This document shows, piece by piece, positions 38,301-52,980 of a stretch of DNA of 64,000 nucleotides. The stretch is from Mobula hypostoma. Lineage: Eukaryota. Made by a program: the position numbers and the translations under genes. The DNA is taken from NCBI RefSeq assembly GCF_963921235.1, contig NC_086097.1, positions 170,068,001-170,132,000 on the forward strand, in the 5' to 3' direction. Each line of letters opens with the position of its first letter. Position 1 is the stretch's first letter. A model generated the notes under the pieces. The model was given only the letters and a program-made list of their open reading frames with translations, did no database searches and had not been told where the DNA came from.

Positions 38301-39019
38301 CTAAACAATTTAGACCTTTGATGTCCTCTTCAAATTCTGGCAATAACTTTCATTGCTGTCATGCCTTTGATGCCACCAAGTCAAAATTGAACACTGAGCC
38401 AGATAGCGATGAGTCAGGATATAAGAAGGAGAGAGAGAGAGCCTAGTGAACAGTCTGTCCCTCATTATTTTTTATTGATGCAGCATAGAAAGCTTCCCAT
38501 CCAGATGCATCATGGCTAGTTGTGGTAACTGCCCTGCCCAGGAATGCAAGAAGCTGCAGCTCAGCACGTTGTTGAAACCAACCTCCCCTCCATGGACTGA
38601 GTCTACACATCTTTACTGTCTCAGTAAATCAACCAGCGTAATCAAAGAACCCTCTCCCACAGGGCAGAATATATAAAAGCCAGAAGGTACATACCACCAG
38701 GCACAATGGCAGCTTCTATCCCACTGTTATAAGACAATTCAACTGTCCCCTTGAATGATAAGGTGGACTGTTGACTTCACAATCTACCTCATATGATGTT
38801 GCACTTATTGTTTCCATACACTGTGCTTTCTCTGTACCTATTAAACTTCATCCTGCTCTTTGCTAATGTTTTACTTGTTCTACCTCAACATACTGTGGTA
38901 ATGAATTTATCTCTACGAATGTTATGCAGAACGAGTGAGAGTACAGTAAACCAATTTACCAATAAAGATAAGATGGGAGTGCTATTGAAAAGATTGAATG
39001 AAGAAGCTTTAAGCCAGGA

Positions 39020-39173
39020 GTAACAAACAATCTACAGAGAGTCCTGATACAGGGTTAAGACCTGAAACATTGCCAATTCCTTTTTAACCCACGGATGCTG
39101 TTTGAGCTGATGAGTTCCTCCAGCAGGTTGTTTGTTGTTCCAGGTTCTAGCAACTGCAGTCTGGTGTGTCTCT
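39020..39173 (+). mobile_element. PLE terminal repeat with variant hammerhead-like core
   Basis: agtc CTGATAC agggttaagacct GAAAC att; downstream gatgctg...gagttcctccagcag...ctgcagtc tail. Confidence 0.65.
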
Positions 39174-39609
39174 AAACCTTGATCAGTGACAGAAGAAGAA
39201 AGAAAGGCATAGTGAGTTTGGAGGTCTAGGGAGGAATGTACTGAAGCTTTGGGTCTTGGTGTATGAGGCTCTGGACTGGGAGTGCTGATAATTGGAGATG
39301 TTGAAGAGGCCAGAATTGGAGGAGTGCAGAAATATGGTGTCTATGCAAGGTGGGCTCAGTGGGTATACATCTTAAGTCAAAGTCAAAATCAAGCTTATTG
39401 TCATTTGCACAATTACTTGTATACACAGGTGCAATGAAAACCTTACTTGCAGCAGCATCACAGGCACACAAGGTCATAAGCAGCAATCACAAGAAAAATA
39501 TAAAGTAAACATGAATTCTACATGATTTTAATGAGGAAGAAAACAATTGGAACAAAAAATGTCCAATTTAGTGCAAAGTGATCAAAGTGGCCATAGTGAG
39601 TGTTGCTGA

Positions 39610-40570
39610 ACCTCAGGGCTGTGTGCTGAGCCCATTTCTGTACACTCTGCTCACACACGTCTGCATGGCCAAACACCCGAGTAATCACACCTCAAATTCA
39701 CCGAAGACATGCCAGTGGTGGACTCCCCATCAACAACACTGAGCTGGCACACAGAGAGGAGGTGGAAGAGCTTGAGGCCTGGGGCCAGATGAATAACCTC
39801 TTCCTGAATGTCAACAAGACAAAGAAGGTGGTTATCGACTTCAGAAGAACTCATACCCTTTACAGTGGCAGCACAAGGGTGGAAATTGCCAGCAGTTTTA
39901 AACTCCTGGGAGTGAGCATCACACAACCTCTCACGGTCCCAGAACACATCCTACATAGTGAAGAAAGCTCACCAATATCTCTACTGCCTGAGGAGGCCGA
40001 AGAGAGCTGGACTTTGCACATCCAGACTCACATCATTCTATAGATGCGCAGTGGAGAGCAATCTGACAAACTGCATTACTGCTGTGGAAACTGCACTGCG
40101 GCAGAAAGGAAGGCTCTTCAACGGGTAGTTAAAACTGTCCATACGTCACTGGCATCAGTCTACCTGCCATCTAAACATACAGAAAAGTTCTGGAAAAGAG
40201 CCATTACATCATGAAGGGTCCCACCTACCCTGCTCATGATCACACTCAAGGAGGAGGCTGTAGTATCCATGTCTGGACCACCAGACTGAAAATCAGTTAC
40301 TTTCCCCAAGCAGTAAGGCTGACCAACACCTCCACCCACTAACTCCTCCACTACTTTATTATGTCCTGTCAGTCACCTTATGTACAGCCCAGCATCAATT
40401 CATAGACATACAATCGATCTATGTATATAAGCTATGTTATGTATTTATATTTATTATGTGTTTTTTACATTATTATTTTATCGTGTTCTTTGTCTTTTGT
40501 GCTGCATCTGATCCATAATAATAATAATTTCATTCTCCTTTACACTTGTGTATAAGAAATAACATTAAAC
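39610..40570 (+). mobile_element. Rex1/Babar-like LINE, second subfamily
   Basis: PQGCVLSP; NNLFLNVNKTKKVVIDFRR. Confidence 0.8.
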
Positions 40571-40947
40571 AATCTTGAATCTGTAGTAATTAGGGTTTTG
40601 CTGGCTTGTCAAGGGAAGTAGTTGTTCCTGAACCTGGTGGTGTGGAACATCCGGCTTCTGTAGCTCCTGCCTGGTGGTAGCTACGAGAACTAATAATGAG
40701 AGGTGAAAAGCCCGTATGTTTCTGTCATCTTCTGCCTGGATATACAGTATACTCTGCTTCTCGAAGTGACAGTTGATCTGTGCCTTGAGACCCTGATCGA
40801 TCTCCAGTGACACGAGACCCATCCTTCAATGAAAATCCATCCCGGGAGGATCCACCACCTATTCTTTGGTAACTAGAAACCTCAGCAGGCAACTAATCTC
40901 ACTGGACAAGTCAGCATTTGGAGAGAATTTTGGTCAGACTCTTAATA

Positions 40948-41575
40948 TAAGACCATAAGACATAGGAGCAGAATTAGGCCATTTGGCCCATTGAGTCTGC
41001 TCCGCCATTCAATCATGGCTGATCCTTTATTTTCTCCTCCTCAACCCCAGTTCCTGGCCTTTTCCCCATAACCTTTGTTGCCATGCCCAATCAAGAACCT
41101 ATTAATTTCTGCCTTAAATACATTCAACGAACTGGCCTCTACAGCTGCACTTGACAACAAATTCCACAAATTCACCACCCTTTGGCTAAAGAAATTTCTC
41201 CACATCTCTGTTTTGAAAGGGCACCCCTCTATCTTAGAGGGCCTCTTGTCTTAGACTCTCCCACCATGGGAAACATCCTTTCCACATCTATTCTGTCTAG
41301 GCCTTTCAACATTCGAAAGGTTTCAATGAGATCCTCCCCCGGCCATCCTTCTGAATTCCAACAAGTACAGACCCAGAGCCATCAACCGTTCCTTGTATGA
41401 TAACCCTTTCATTCCTGGAATCAGTCTTGTGAACCTCCTGTGGACCCTTTCCAATGCCAGCACATCTTTTCTAAGATGAGGGGCCCAAAACTGTTCACAA
41501 TACTAAAGGTGAGGCCTCACCAGCCCCTCGTAAATCCTTAGCATCACATGCTTGCTCTTGTATTCTAGACCTCTG
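40948..41575 (-). mobile_element. CR1 3' fragment
   Basis: Closely similar to 26215-26830. Confidence 0.85.
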
Positions 41576-42749
41576 TAGAGTATTGTATGGGGTAGCAGTG
41601 AACAACAAGTTTGTTATGCAATTCAGGAAAAATAGATGAGAGATCACATTTGTACATACAATGTCTGCCAAATAAAGATTGGCCCGTGCTGTAGTTTATT
41701 TCTTCAGACCTGGGAAGTTACTGTCACCACAAGCATCCAACAAAGTCTGGCACTACTATTTGTTCCTTACCTATGCTGGGGTTCTGGTCAGATTGCACAT
41801 GTGGATATGCATAAAATCTTCCATTTGTATTTCAGATGTGTAAACAAATTAAACAATTTACAGCAAATTACCAGTCCAGCGGACTCCGTGGAATCAATAT
41901 TCAAGGACAGAGTAATCTGGAAGATAACAGTTAATTCTCTGAGTGAAATGCTACTTTGGGAATGAATATGTGAGATACAGGCCAAAATATTGTCACGACT
42001 CTTACTTTTCAAACCACAAGAAGTATATAATTCATTGCAAAAATTTGGAAGGAAGGAGTTTTAAAATACTTTCAATTTCTATAGAAGATGCATTGTATGA
42101 TGAATTATATGTGGATATTGATAAATGAATAAGAGAAAATGGATTCTCTAGTCATTTATAATTGAAACTGTCACATAGGTTTGGAGTATAATTGAATGCA
42201 ATACTTGAGTAAGATGACAGGAGCTTAGAGGCTTAAACTGCAGCAGATTGAAGGTAAAGATGACAGGATAATTGAGAGTAGTTAGACTGACAGAAAGGCC
42301 CATTGCTAGTAACACATGGAGGACGCCAAGCAACACTTTGTCATAACAGAGTTTCTAAAAGTTGAATGGACTTGTCACCGAAATCCTCAAAGTGAAGGCT
42401 TGAACTGACATAGTGTTCAACCTTTACAGTGGGCTGAGGGTTTCTGTTTCAAGTGCAGAAATGTGTATTAGCGGGGACAAAGATACACTCCCCACATATA
42501 ACAGCTGTGGAGGTGGTGGAGAATTTCACAAACCAATATGATGAACATGTTGCAAATAAAATGAAGCAAAAAGCAAACTGCCAGAGGAACTCTTCAGGTC
42601 AAGTAGCATCTTTGGCTGAATTGGTGCTTTGAATTGAAACCTTACCTTAGGATTCTGCTAGATTCCTCCAGCAGTTTGAATTTTTACTTCAGAATCTGAC
42701 ATCTGCAGTGTCTCTTGTCAAAAAAATATTCTTTTGATGAAAAGAGGTG

Positions 42750-42902
42750 TGACCTTGATGTCCTCAATGCCGTCCTTCACACTTTTAGTGGTCAAGGGTC
42801 AGAGGTTCCCAGGTGCCAGAGGGGATGCCACATTTCTTCAAGGAATGTTTGAGCACATCCTTGAATGATTTCCTCTGCTTACCTTCTAATCTCTTCCCAT
42901 GA
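42750..42902 (-). mobile_element. RTE-clade ORF C-terminal fragment
   Basis: Minus strand HGKRLEGKQRKSFKDVLKHSLKKCGI. Confidence 0.65.
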
Positions 42903-43224
42903 AACCTCTCTTCCAAAGTCACAAGCATATCAGGTGAATCCTGCTAAATCCTCTATAATGGAAGGTATAGGATGCCTCAGTTATTGAGATCCTGTAATAG
43001 TTTAACTCTCCAAAATTCACAGATTGCAATAGGCTGAAGATTTTTTTTCTTTTATTTATTACAGAATAGACTGAGGCCATTCAACCCATTCAGATCCATT
43101 CTGGCCCATTATGCAGCACTGAAGCAGGCCGTTCGGGCCAACTCATCCATGCTGACCATAGCCTACCTTAGCTAGTCCTCTTTAACCATGCTTGGCCCAT
43201 ACCTGTCTCAACCTTTCCTACTCG

Positions 43225-43557
43225 TGTCACAACCATGGCCTCTGCTGAGGAGTCTGGGCATCCCACAGACAGGCAGCAGAAATATACGTGAATATTTGTT
43301 TGTGAATATACATGTTCCAGCCAATTAGTGTTTCATTCTGGTTATATTTAACTCCCTTCCTTTCATTTCAGTCATGTCAAGTCTTGAACAAAGCACAGTG
43401 ATGGCTATGCTCCCTGCTTTCCTTAGTCCACATTCTGGGAAAAAACACTACAGCTTAGATTGACACTGTAAAGGAGAGGAATTAAATTAGTATTATGTTT
43501 TTTTCTGAGCCGCAATGTTGGTGTTAGCTTTAGTTTGAGAGTTTTAGTTAATGGCCA
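43225..43557 (+). mobile_element. LTR-like repeat, partial
   Basis: Starts TGTCACA; homologous to 18226-18530. Confidence 0.5.
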
Positions 43558-44458
43558 CCATCCACTCTATGCCACCTTCTCGCAGCTACCATTGTGCAGG
43601 AACTGCAGAAACCTGAAGTCCCACAGCATCAGATTCAAGCACAGCTATTTCCTTTCAGATATTTGGTTCTTGAACTGAATGGCAAAATCTTAATCACTAC
43701 CTCAGTAAAGCAACACTATGACCACTTTGCAGAGTCGAAAGGTTAAGTTAATCTTCGCATGGTAATGCTTACAACTTAATTTCATAGCAAAGATCAAGGT
43801 GTTGTGGTTAGAGAGCTAATGAAGACCCTGAAGGATTTTGATAGGGAGGAAGGACATGGAGATAATATTTCATCCTTTGGGGAATCTGGGGTTAAGAGTT
43901 ACTGTTTAAATGTAAAGGTCATCCAGTTAAGATAAAGCTGAGGTGCAATCGATATTTTTAGTTCTAATTGTGTTCCTTCTTGTAAAAATTGTGTGTAATT
44001 CCTGCATATGTTTTCTTGTGAACGTTGTGTATCTAATGTTAGGTGCCCATGCTGCTTCTGTAAGTAAGTTTTTCATTGCACCAGAGCATATAAGGTATGT
44101 ACTCGTGCAAATGGCGATAAACTTGGCTTTGACTTTGATCCCTGCTATTCCTGTACACTTTGGAGACATGGACTACAATAGGGATTCAATGCACTGGAGA
44201 GGACCATAAACTCTTCCTCTAAAAAAATCTCCAAATCCACTGGCAGAAAAAGCAAACCAATGTAATTGCTAATTGGTTTATTATTGTTACATGCACTAAG
44301 TTGCAGTGAAAAGCTTTTGTTTGCTTGCCATCCAGACAGATCATCCCATACTTAATTCAGAAAGAAAATACCAGAATCAGAATATAGTGTTACGGTTCCA
44401 GAGAATTTGCAAACCATCCTTGTCCAAGTCAGGTTCCCAGCATTGAGGATCTGAATGA

Positions 44459-44499
<41 letters not shown>

Positions 44500-44604
44500 T
44501 TCTTTCTGTATATTTGTGTCTGCATGTGTATGTTTCTGCATTTTCTGTCTGTATGTATATTTCTGTATATTTGCATCTGTGCTTGTGTATGTTTCTGTAC
44601 TTTG

Positions 44605-44662
<58 letters not shown>

Positions 44663-44686
44663 CTACTGTGTGTTTCTGTATATATT

Positions 44687-44728
<42 letters not shown>
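44459..44728. repeat. Compound (TG)n microsatellite
   Basis: Three pure TG runs separated by degenerate TG/TA-rich sequence. Confidence 0.97.
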
Positions 44729-44729
<1 letters not shown>

Positions 44730-47140
44730 TTTTCCACATGTTCTTGGCTACATATGAAGTTGATGCAGCCTGCAAAGCTACTCCCCCAACTCGGTGCAAT
44801 CCTGGTCTTGAGTACCATCAGTATGGATTTGCATGCCCTCCCTAGGACCTCTTGGATATCCCCCAGTTGCTCTGTTTCCTCCAAGTACATGACAACTGGT
44901 AGACTTGTTAACCACTGTAAACAGTACATTCTAGTGGGTGGAAAAGAACTGGGGGATGCATTGGGAGGGGGAAACAGTACCAATGAAGGATTGGTGTAGA
45001 TGGGTTCTTGATGGTGGGCGGAGGGCCTTTTTTTTTTGCTGGGTGTCTGATTGGCAATTTTACCTCCCTACAAAATGGATATCTTGAAGAATTTTTCTTG
45101 AAGTGAATGCATTAATTCTAGTAACTCCTGCACTTGGTGAGAATTTTCTGCTTCTATTTCCCATGCTTCATGTCACCGCTCCACTTACAGAGAAGATTGC
45201 AAGAAGATAGGAGAGGATCTAGGCCAGTCGGCACCTCCAGCCTGCCCTGCCATTCAAATGATTTGCCCCATGTCTCAACTCCTCTTCTGTACTAGTTCCT
45301 CATAGCCCCCAATTCCCAGAACCCTCAAAATGTATCTGTCTCAACTGTAAATATATCTAGTAACACAGTCTCCAAAACTCTCTGGAGTGGAGAATTCCTG
45401 AGGCACACCACTGTCTGTGAGAAGAAATTTCTACTCAGTTTTAAATGACTGGCCCCTTATCTCAGAACTTTATCCCCTAGTTTGAGATTCTCCCATTAGT
45501 GAAAGCAACCAGACATCTACCCTGTTAAGATCTTCAATGTTTCAATAAGATTATTCCTCTTTTTTATAATCTCTAGACAATACAGATATAACCTGTTATG
45601 CCTCTTTTGACAGGACAATATTCCTATTTCAGGAATAACCCTGAGTTCCATCATGGTCACAGCCTCCCCACCATCAAAGGCATCTTCAAAAACGGATGCC
45701 TCAAAAAGGTGGTATCCATTTTGAAGGACCCTTATCATCCAGGACATGCCCTCTTCTTGTTACTACCATTGAGGAGGAAGAACAGGAGCTCGAAAATGCT
45801 CACTCAGTGTTTTAGGAGCAGCTTCTCCCCTCCATCAGATTTCAGGATGGTCCATGAACCCATGAACACTCCTTCATAATTTCTTTTCTTTGAACTGCCT
45901 ATGATGTCTATGATGATCATGATACCAATTTGAACTAATCCAATCTGCCTGTACGTGGTCTATATCCTTCCATTCCCTGTTTGCTTTTGCATTTGTTTCC
46001 AGCATTAGCCCTGACAGCAAGTTCAAGGCACCTACCAGTCTCTGTAAAAAAAACTTACCTCATAAAACTCCTCAACGTCGTTCCCCATTTTAACTTAAAG
46101 TTATACCCTGCAATATTTGACTTTTCCAGGCTGGGAAATGACTCTGACTATCCAAACTATTGCCTATAGGCTGTTAGCAATTTTATACACTTGGCCGTCA
46201 GGTCTTTCCTTTGCATCCGACACTCCAGAGAAAACAATCCAACCCTCATTTGGTCCATAGCTTTCCTGGGCTGCTTCCAATGCTACCATATCCCTTTGTA
46301 AGTGAGGGGAAACGCAGCATGAATGATCTAAGGAGAAATTTCATGCCAAATATGACTTTTCTTGGAGAGAAGAGTAATGGAATTTAACACCAGTACATGA
46401 TACTGGTTCTGACAATGTGACACCATGAATTTCCGTTAATTTTATCATGAACATTAATCAAAAATATCACCTCTTTTTCTTACTACTTTGCAAGGAATGT
46501 GCAGACTGGAAATGATACTGTGTTGGCTTTGACAAATAGAGAGAGACACCTGCAGCAATTGTCAAAGGGCCTGCACACTTAAGACTTCACACATTGTGAC
46601 AGGCAACCTTACAAAGCATGCTTGTTCGCTGCAGGCCGTTGGATCATGCTTTATGCTAATTCACACGATTTGAATTCACATTCGCTTATTTACTGAGAGA
46701 CTTGGATTGTAAATGTCACCTTTCTCATTGGTAAATGTCACCTTTCTCATTCTCAACCTGTTCAGACAGGTTTAATGGTGGTTCAGCTGCTAGGCTGGAT
46801 GTTTGGATGCCATCAGGATATTGTGGACAATCTATTTTTGGGGCTGACTACTGTTTTTCTATCGGACTGCTTTTAGGATCATGTGCATTTGTATAAAGTA
46901 ATCAGCACAGAACACTTCTTAGCCGTTGAAGACCACCGCACTTGTAGGTGGCAGTATTTCTGCGTGCATCTTGCATGGTCATCCTTATCAACTGAAGACT
47001 TTCCATCCTGGCTGTAGAAAGCTAGGGCATTACGGAGACACAGCAGGTAGAACTGCAGTCTCACAGCTCCACCGGCCACGGTTCAATCCGGAAAGCCAGT
47101 GCTCCTTGTGTGGTTTGCACCTTCTTCCTGAGACTGACAA

Positions 47141-48250
47141 TCACAAAATGCTGGAGAAGGTCTGTGATCAGACAGCATCTATGGAGTTGACTTTTGGGGC
47201 CGAGACCTTTCATCAGGACTGCAAAGGAAGGTGGTAGAAGCTAGAATAAGAAAGTCGGGGGAGGTGAGATATACTGGCCGGTGATTAGATTAGATTAGAT
47301 TATGAGGACACACAGTCCTCGTTTATTGTAATTTAGTATGCATGTGCTAAGAAATGATACAATGTTCCTCCAGTAGATATCACAGAAACACAAGACAGAC
47401 CAAGACTAAAAAACTGACAAAAACCGCATAATTATAACATATAGTTACAACAGTGCAAAACAATACCATAATTTGATAAAGAACAGACCATGGGCATGGT
47501 AAAAAAAAGTCTCAAAGTCTCGAAAGTCCCATCAGCTCACGCAGACGGTAGAAGTAGGAAGAAAACTCTCCCTGCCATGAACCTCCAGCGCCACAAACTT
47601 GCTGATGCAGCACCCTGGTAGCACCCGACCACAACCGACTCTTGAGTCCGTCCGAAAACTTCGAGCCTCCGACACCGAGCACCGAGCACCATCTCCGCTA
47701 AGCGCTTCGACCCCAGCCCTGGCCGCCAGCAACAGGCAAGGCCGAGGATTTGGGCCTTCCCCTCCGGAGATTCTCAATCGCACAGTAGCAGCCGCAGCGA
47801 AGAAGGCATTTCAGAAGTTTCTCCAGATGTTCCTCCGTGCTCTCACGTCTGTCTCCATCAAATCAGGATTGTGCACGGCATCCTACTTGACAGATACCGA
47901 TATCATTCACCGGACAGGCCGCGCACACTGCATTGCGCCGCCATCTTCTCCTCCCTGCCTCCCTGATATGTGAGACCAATTAGATTCTTTCTTTAGTTTT
48001 TTACTTCTACATATCACCTCCCAGCTCTTCACATCATCCCCGCCTTTCCCACCCATCTTCCTCTTCACTGGTCTCCCCTATCACCTGCCAGCTTGCACTC
48101 CTCCTCCATTCCCTACGTTCTTATTTGGACTTCTGCCCGCTTCATTTAGTTCTGATGAAGGTCTCAGCCTGAAACGTTGGTAGTTTATCTTCCTCCATGG
48201 ATACTGACCGGCTTGCTGAATTCTGCCACTATTTTGTGTGCGTTACTCAA
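47141..48250. mobile_element. PLE fold-back with degenerate HHR on each strand, interrupted by 47286-47963; follows a V-SINE head (47030-47135)
   Basis: Minus HHR-like 47186-47221; plus CTGATGAaggtctcagcctGAAACGTT 48152-48178. Confidence 0.75.
47286..47963 (-). mobile_element. Non-autonomous retroposon with GC-rich head and (tctaa)n tail
   Basis: Minus-strand 5' gggaggagAAGATGGCGgcg, CpG-rich body, aataaa then (tctaa)n; tgat TSD at 47282-47285 and 47964-47967. Confidence 0.7.
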
Positions 48251-48377
48251 GTAGTCATTGTGTCTCCATTAGTCCGAGTAACTTTAGATGATCGTGGAGG
48301 ATTCTCACTTCTTCTGTTCTGTCCTTTTGATCGCAGATTCTGCTTCTTCTGCTGTGCTCACTCTCTCTCTCCCTCTG

Positions 48378-49762
48378 ACACTTTACTAGTCAGGGAAAAT
48401 GTCAAGTCAGTGCTTAGTCAGGACTGACTGGGGAACTCGTCTAGTGAGGAATATGAAAGGTATAATCATGTTAATGGGGCTATATTATAGATCACCCAGT
48501 AGTCCAAAGGATTTAGAGGAACAAATTTGTAGAGAGATTTCAGACTGTTGCAAGAAACATAAGGTTTTGATAGAAGGTGATTTTTAGCTTTCCGCATATT
48601 GACCAGGACTCTACTGTAAAAGAACTATTGTAGACAGGACATATTTTGCTAAAAATGTTCAGGAAAAATTCTTTAATCAGTACATAGAAATCCCAATGAA
48701 AGAGTGTGGAATACTTGATCTCCTAGTAAGGAATGAGACAGGGCAGAAGACAGAAGTTTGTGTAGGAGAACACCATGCATCCAGTGATCATGATACCATT
48801 AGTTTCAAGGTAATTATGGAAAAGGATAGGTCTGGTTCTTGGGTTGAGATTCTAAATTAGAGAAAGGCAAACTTTGATGGTATTAGAAAGGATCTGGCAA
48901 GTGTGGATTCAGACAGGCTGTTTTCTGGCAAATGTATAAATGGTAAGTGGGAGGCCTCCAAAGGTGAAATTTTGAAAGTACAAAGCTTGTATTTTCCTTT
49001 CAGAATAAAAGGTAAGTATAACAGGATTAGGGAACTTTGGTGTTAAGAGATATTGAGGCCGATTAAATTAAAAAACAGCTGCATAGCAGGTATAGGCAAA
49101 TAGGAACAAATGTGGTAATTAAGGAGTATGAGAAATGCAAGAGAACACCTAAGAAAGAAGTCAGGAGGGCTAAAAGAAGGCATGAGGTTGTTTCAGCAGA
49201 CAAGGTGAAGGAGAATTCTCAGGGATCCTACAGAAAAGTTAAGAGCAAGAGGACTGCAAGGGACAAAATTGGTCCTCTGGAAGATCAGAATGGTAATCCA
49301 TGTGTGGAGCCAAAAGAGATGGGTTATATCTTAAATGGATTTTTTTTGCATCTGTATTTACTGTGGAGTTGGACACAGAGTCTATAGAAGTGAGGGAAAA
49401 CAGCAGTGAGGTCATGGACCCTATACAGATTACAGAGAGGAGATGCTTGCTGTCTTGAGGCAAATTAGGGTAGATGCATGGCCAATGCCTAACAAGTTGT
49501 TTCCTCGAACCCTATAGAAGGCAAGTGCAGAAATTCCAGAGGCCTTAGCAGAGATATTTAAATGATCGTTAGTACCAGATGATGTACGGAGGATTGGAGG
49601 ATAGCTAATACTGTTCCACTGTTTTAAAACAGGCTCTAAGAATAAACAAGGAAATTATAGGCTGGTGAACCTGGTGATGCAAAATGATTGAAAAGTATTT
49701 TAAGGGACCAGATGTATAAGTATTTGGCAAGTTTCTGTGCTATAGTTATCTATGACTCTATG
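48378..49762 (+). mobile_element. Decayed CR1 APE-linker joined directly to 3' tail (RT deleted)
   Basis: GLYYRSPSS..LEEQICREI; RDKIGPLEDQNG; jumps to ctatgactctatg tail at ~49730. Confidence 0.82.
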
Positions 49763-51958
49763 CTCTCTCTTTCTCTAACTTTCTCTCTCTCTCACTTTAT
49801 GACCACATACTTTATAACTTTACGCCCATTTTCTCTTTGATCTTACACTCTCATGCTAATCACCAATTTCCTAAGTGATCTTACTTCAAAAATGCATTCC
49901 ATGTTTTATTTATTACAGACCCTTTTTCATTTTCTATTGAGACATTATATCTTTGTTATGTTTTGAAGGCTGAATTATTCCTGGAATATGGACCCCCATG
50001 TGTCTTTCACAAGTCATTTGCTTCAATAACGCATTTATCTGTATGTTTCAACCTTATCTTTCTCGTTATCATTCAGAGTACTGTGCCTACTTTACTCGTT
50101 TCGAACACTATTTGCCCCTTTGTTGGTAGAATCCAAATCGGACAAGAATTCAGCAGGCCAGATAGCATCTATGAAAATGGATAAACAATGACGCTTCAGG
50201 CTGAGACCCTTCTTCAGGACCGGAAAGAAAGGGGGAAGAAGCTAGAATAGCAAGGTGAGGGGAAGGATGGCAGGCCTGAAAGTGATAGGTGAAGCCAAGT
50301 GTGGGACAAAGGGAGATGAAATAAGAATTTGGGAGGTGAAAAGGTAAAAGACTGGAGAAAAAGGAATCTGATAGGAGAGGAGAGTGAATCATGGGAGAAA
50401 GGGAAGGAGAAGGGGCACCAGGTGAAGGTCAGAGGGAGGTGAGAAGAAGAGTTAGGAAGCCAGAGTGGGGAACTGAAGAGGGAAGGGAAAGGAAAGAAAT
50501 TAGCGAAAGTTGGAGAAATCGATGTTCATGCCATTAGGTTGGATGCTATAGACAGAATGTGAGATGTTGCTCTACCAGCCTGAGTGTGACTTCATCATGG
50601 CAGAAAAGGAGGCCATGGACTGACGTGTCGGGACTGGAATAGGGTAGGAATTGAAATGGTTGGCTAATGGGGAATTCATCTTTTTGCAGATGGAGCTGAG
50701 GGACTTGACAAAGCATCTTCTCAATCAACATTGGGTCTCACCAATGTAGAGGAGGCCACAACAGGAGTACCGGGTACAGTAGACAACCCCAGCAGATTTG
50801 CAGGTGAAGTGTTGCTTTCTCAGGGTGACTGTTTGGGGCCCTGACTGGAGGTGAGGGACATGGTGTCAAGATAGCTGTGGGAATCAGTGGTTTTATTAAA
50901 AAAAACAGTAGACAGCTTGGATCCAGTGATGGAGACAGAGAGATTGAGAAGGGGGACGAAGGTGTCAGAAATGGCCTAGATGAATTTAAGGGGAAGGTGG
51001 AAGTTGGAGGCAAAGTTGATGAAATTGATGAGCTCATCATGGGTGCAGGAAGCAGCACAAATGCACAAAAAGAGTGTAGCGCAGAAAGAGTTAGGGAGCA
51101 TTACTAGGAAAGGCTTGGACCATGGATGTTCTATATAGCCAATGAAAAGGCTGGCATAGCCAGTGCCCATGGCTACACTTTGAGTTTGCCAATGAAAAGG
51201 CAGACATAACTGAGGCCAGTGCTCATCGACTCTTTCTGCATTACATTGACGACTGTATTGGTGCTGCTTTATGCACCCATGGTGAGCTCGTCAATTTCAT
51301 CAACTTTGCCTCCAAGTTGCACCTTGCCCTTGAATTCACTTCGTCCATTTCTGGCACAGCTCTTTTCCCTTTCTCAATATGTTTGACAAACTGTCTACTG
51401 GTATCTTTTATAAACCCAATGATTCCCATGGCTCCCTTGACTATAACTCTTCCCACGCTGTCTCATGTAAAAATGCCATTCTCTTTTCTCAGTTCCTTTG
51501 TCTCCACCACGTCTGTTCCTAGGCTGAGGATTTCCTTTCCAGAGCATCAGAGATGACCTCCTTCTTCAAAGAATGGGGTTTCCCTTCCTTCACCATTGAT
51601 GCTGCCCTCACTGCATCTTTTCCATTTCCTAGTCATCTGTGCTCACCCCATCTTCCTGTCACCTTAAAAGGGATAGAGCTCCTCTTGTCCTCACCTACCA
51701 CCCCATGAGCCTTTGCATCCAAAACAAAGTTTGCCATCGGCAAAGGGACACTACCACCAAACACATCTTTACCTCCGCCCACTCTCTGCCTTCTGCAGGG
51801 ATCCTTTCCTCCATGATTCCCTTGTTCATTCATCAATCCCCACTAATACCCCTCTTGGCACTTATTCCTGCGAGTGGAAGTGCCCATTAATCTCTTCCCT
51901 CACCATTCAGGTCCCTAAACATTCCTTCCAGGTGAGGTAACACTTCAAATGTAAATCT

Positions 51959-52834
51959 TGTTGCAAGAATCACCCCTTGTAATAATGATCGGTGAGGCAC
52001 AGAGAATCTGTATTTACCGACAAGTAACTATTATTGTTTCAACTAAAAAGTACATGGGTTCACGCTCTTATCTACCTGTGTGCTCCCTACTAGAACCCCT
52101 GACACTCCATGAACAGTCAATGAAGAGAAGAGGCATTACCCGGGAAAGGAGTCTATGCTGGCCAAGCATTCCTCGTGGTCCCGATCTCCATGAATCCCTG
52201 GGGTCCTCGTTATCCACGATGGTTGGTCTCTGGCTGCTGGAGAGTTATCGCCCCTGTGCATTTGGAGCTCCTGACTCTTATACTGTTCCTCATCAATTGA
52301 ACCATCTGATCTCCATCCCATTGGCTCAAGGTCACCTGACCTACCTGGGTCACCTTCTTCCCGGTCACTGTACAGGTCTACAACCAACATTGTTTCATGG
52401 TTCTGCCCACTCCAGCCTTGTGTATTTGTGCCTTTACACTCTGACTGGTCCAAGCCAGTTAAATGAGGCAACCCAGACAGAGTCTAACGAGATTAAAGCT
52501 TGCTTCTTTGGTTGGTCTGACATTTTACGTAACAAGCAGCCACTCCTCTGAGAATGGTCTCAGAGAATTGCTCTGATTAGATTGTCGCAGAGTAAGGATC
52601 ATTCCAGAGTCCATTCCCTTTACATAACAAATGGCTACCTATTTGAGAATGGTCTCCGGTTTAGCAGATCATTACCTGAAGCTTCCTGTGTCCACATTCA
52701 GTTGCTCTGATTAGATTATCCAAGAGCAAGAAATTGTTCAGAGTCCACAAAATGGGGTGGGGGGGGGGAACACAGACAACTGGCTTGTCTGCTTCCCTTG
52801 TCCTTGATCAGACTGAAGTTTCTTCTGGCTAACA
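51959..52834. mobile_element. Solo LTR (876 bp) nested in PLE
   Basis: TGTT...AACA termini, near-TSD atct/acct; internal direct repeats (gagaatggtctc, ttgctctgattagatt, cagagtcca) at 52550-52750. Confidence 0.7.
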
Positions 52835-52980
52835 ACCTGGTGGGGTCACCTGATATACAGTGCTCCCAGTGTTGCCTCCTCTACATGATGTGACCCAACG
52901 TAGACTGGGGAACTGCTTTGTTGAGCACCTCAGCTCCATCCACAAAAAGCAGAATTTTCCAGTGGTCAGCCATTTTAATT

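Noticed and set aside
41836..41965. Exon after tttcag acceptor
   Set aside because: Frames hit stops without a good donor; no recognisable homology.
44352..44999. Several long ORFs (CV/HT repeats)
   Set aside because: Translation of the (TG)n microsatellite.
51958..52551. 197-aa ORF
   Set aside because: Lies inside a solo LTR, has a non-ATG start and no recognisable motif.
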